Positions 7,433 through 10,061 of a DNA stretch of 10,061 nucleotides are shown in pieces. The position numbers and the translations under genes are program-made. Numbering within the stretch: position 1 is the first letter of the stretch; each line of letters begins with the position of its first letter. This DNA comes from Octopus sinensis. Taxonomy: Eukaryota. Location of the stretch: NCBI RefSeq assembly GCF_006345805.1, contig NW_021827681.1, forward strand, positions 1-10,061, written 5' to 3'. A model generated the notes under the pieces. That model saw only the letters and a program-made list of their open reading frames with translations. It was not told where the DNA came from and searched no databases.

Positions 7433-7842
7433 GGATCTTTTCGGTTTGAACCACAGTTTTTAACATAATTTCTAGGTAACTAAAAATTTTTAAACTTCGT
7501 ATACTGGTAGAATGTGTTTATAAAACATCTTTTTCTCTTGGCTTTATTGAGAAAATTCTATAGTTTGTAAGATATTTGTTGTTTTTTCCTTCAATTTCTG
7601 CAATTTCAACCAATCAAATACATCTATTGAGGTAAAAGAAAAAAACATTCTGTACCGTATGAATATGTCCCTCGTTTAAAAAAAGATTGGGTTTATTTAT
7701 ATTTCTGAAGAAAAAAAAGATACCCTTCCACCCCACCCCTAACCCTAACCCTAAAACAGATTGAAATGCAATAGATCGATATTAAGGTCATAATTATGGG
7801 TGACAATTTCATATAACACCGCCGTTCAAACCGAAAAGATCC
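7433..7842. mobile_element. Non-autonomous DNA transposon (MITE) with 19-bp TIR and 8-bp TSD; Merlin-like or hAT-like
   Basis: Perfect TIR GGATCTTTTCGGTTTGAAC at 7433-7451, with its reverse complement at 7824-7842. TSD CATTTTTC at 7425-7432 and 7843-7850. No ORF. Confidence 0.88.
7737..7754. repeat. (CCCTAA)3 telomere-type repeat inside the MITE
   Basis: CCCTAACCCTAACCCTAA, which is (TTAGGG)3 on the minus strand. Confidence 0.9.
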
Positions 7843-8484
7843 CATTTTTCAAACAATACCGTAATAATACGTGTTTCCATCAAACCATTGGTTTGAAAAT
7901 AAAAACATTTTTTAAACCGAAAGTCATTTAAATTATGGAGTTTTTTTCCAAGAATTTAACTCACGCAAACACGCGCATGCGCATAAATATATGCTTATGT
8001 CTTTACTGGTGTGTTTGTGTGTATGCTCTCAACAAAGGTTCTAAACTATTTGAAGATATTTTTCACGCGAAGTCCATATATTTTTAATCTATTATTTAAA
8101 AAAAAAATTAAACTTCCTTTATCAGAGACTAAGAGTTCCACCAAATTACTTATATATTTTAGTTATTTTAGTTATTTACAGAAACTTCAAATATTAAATA
8201 TTTCGACAAATATTTTTTTACCTTTTAGATTTTCTCACAAAATCTTACATTTTAAATATCCTTATGCATTACTTTCCTTTTTTTTTTTTTTTCACAAAAT
8301 ATCCTCATATTTTAGTTTCTCTTCCATAAAATCGGAATATTTTTTCAGCTATAATTTAGATTTTTTTATAACAAAATATTCTCGTCTTATCTACCTCATA
8401 AATCACTACTTTTAAGGATTTTTTTTACAAAAATACGTTTATTTTTCACTAAAGGTATTTATATATAAGTTTATTTTTCAACAA

Positions 8485-8942
8485 GTAGAGGCGCAATGGC
8501 ACAGTGGTTAGGGCAGTGGTTAGGATCGCGGTTTTGATTCCCAGACCAGGCATTGTGAGTGCTTATTGAGCGAAAACACCTAAAGCTCCACGAGGCTCCG
8601 GCACTACTCTTTCACCACAACTTTCTCCCACTCTTTCTTCCTGTTTCTCTTGTATCTATATTTCAAAGGGCCAGCCTTGTCACACTCTGTGTCATGCTGA
8701 ATCTCCCCGAGAACCACGTGTCTGTGGGGTACTCAGCCACTTGCACGTTAATAAATGAGCTGCGACGTCACCGGTGCCAAGCTGTATTGGCCTTTGCCTT
8801 TCCCCACGGTGGCGTGGAGAGGGGAGGCCGGTATGCATGGGCGACTGCTGGTCTTCAATAAACAACCTTGCTCAGACTTGTGCCTCGGAGGATAACTTTC
8901 TAGGTGCAATTCCATCGTCATTCACGACCAAAGGAAGTCACA
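8485..8942 (+). mobile_element. tRNA-derived SINE, third family (octopus-type), with a shortened head
   Basis: Canonical A box TGGCACAGTGG at 8497-8507 and B-box-like GGTTTTGATTCC at 8530-8541. GC-richer body. 12-bp TSD ATTTTTCAACAA at 8473-8484 and 8943-8954. Confidence 0.88.
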
Positions 8943-9607
8943 ATTTTTCAACAAAATGTCATTATTTTGCTGAAAACGTTCAAAGATAAACACATTTAGC
9001 TTCCCCCGCCAAAAAGAAAAAAACCGTTTCATAAACTTTGGCTGGGACAGTTGGTTATGGAGAAGTGAAGGGCGGTAATGCATGTGTAGAGACGGGCATT
9101 AATAACGTTCTGTCGGGTAAATTACAAAAGCATATATGGAAGAATAAGGAGAGACAAATTGAACTCTGATACACAGCAAACTTCATACAATGTGAGTCAG
9201 AGAGAACTTCCTCAGCTCACGTCATGGCTACACGATCTGACAAGAAGTCGCCATTCAAAATGATGAAGATATTGCCCATAAACGGACAATTTTGCTGGAG
9301 TTTTACGTGTGAGATATGTTTTAATTCTTTGCTAAAGTCCACAGGAACAACATTGTTTTCATCAAATTTTGTCGAAGACGAGAATTCATCGGTATGTGAC
9401 GTAAGAGCATAGGTATGCAGCGTGCTTGATTTTATATAAGTCGTATTTATGGCCACCCAGGAGAGAAAGAGCTCTAAGGTGTTGAAGAAACCCGTTATTA
9501 AACGACTGTTTCTACCGCATTTGAGATCACTGATGCGAGTGCAACAGAACAGCAGCTGACAAGATTTAAATTATTGCCCTCCTTGGGGATTGCCACTCAT
9601 TTATGTT

Positions 9608-9840
9608 AGAACCGTTAGCACGCCGGGCGAAATTGCGTAGCCGTATTTCGTCTGCCGTTACGTTTTTTGAATTCAATTCCGCCGAGGTCGACTTTGCTTT
9701 CATTGCCTTTCATCCTTTCGGGGTCGATTAATAAGTACCAGTTACGCACTGGGGTCGATATAATCGACTTAATCCGGTTTGTCTGTCCTTGTTTTTGTCC
9801 TCTTTGTGTTTAGCCCCTTGTGGGTAGTAAAGAAATAGGT
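9608..9840 (+). mobile_element. tRNA-derived SINE, family A, 5'-truncated, tail type 1
   Basis: Matches other copies from AGAA(A/C)CGTTAGCACG through GTAGTAAAGAAATAGGT. Small internal duplication TTGC(C)TTTCA at 9694-9712. No TSD found. Confidence 0.9.
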
Positions 9841-10061
9841 GTATATAACTGTAGAAAAAGAAAGTGGGAGTAAGAGAAAGAAAGAAAATGGAAGAGGTTG
9901 AAGAGTTTCACAAAGACAGAGCTTAGTTCTGGCGCTTTGTTTGGAATTAATGGAAAGAACACTATCATATCCGAGAGTAGCCGTTTTTATTTCAGTCAAC
10001 CTGGAGGATTTTCTCACTTTTGTATACGTATTTGTGGTAATCAACCTGGAAATGGAATTTT

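Noticed and set aside
8011-8480. 134-aa ORF and recurring TTTT..ACAAAAT motifs at 54-73 bp spacing
   Set aside because: Low-complexity AT-rich DNA with irregular spacing. The F/I/K/L/S/Y-biased translation is typical of non-coding sequence.
8559-8989. ORFs 8559..8861 and 8774..8989
   Set aside because: They lie within the TSD-flanked tRNA-SINE.
9985-10061. Acceptor-like TTTTTATTTCAG followed by an open frame NLEDFLTFVYVFVVINLEMEF, with TCAACCTGGA repeated at 45 bp
   Set aside because: Too short and cut by the window edge, with no recognisable protein. It needs RNA-seq or flanking sequence.

Overview
This is AT-rich, non-coding eukaryotic DNA (intron or intergenic) dominated by repeats. The SINE sequences match my recollection of Octopus repeats, so a cephalopod origin is likely but not verified by search. 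No protein-coding gene can be supported: nearly all listed ORFs are read-throughs of microsatellites or SINEs. The window holds about a dozen copies or fragments of one tRNA-derived SINE family, four of them with 13-17 bp target-site duplications (TSDs), plus a head-to-tail cluster and a chimeric dimer. It also holds a truncated CORE-type SINE, a third tRNA-SINE with a 12-bp TSD, two clear inverted-repeat (MITE-like) DNA elements, two copies of an older unclassified repeat, and many microsatellites. The best observations concern mobile-element biology: a hairpin-loop micro-inversion, swapped 3' tails, a stem-loop shared between two SINE families, and telomere-type repeats inside a MITE. I found no evidence for a novel protein-based system.
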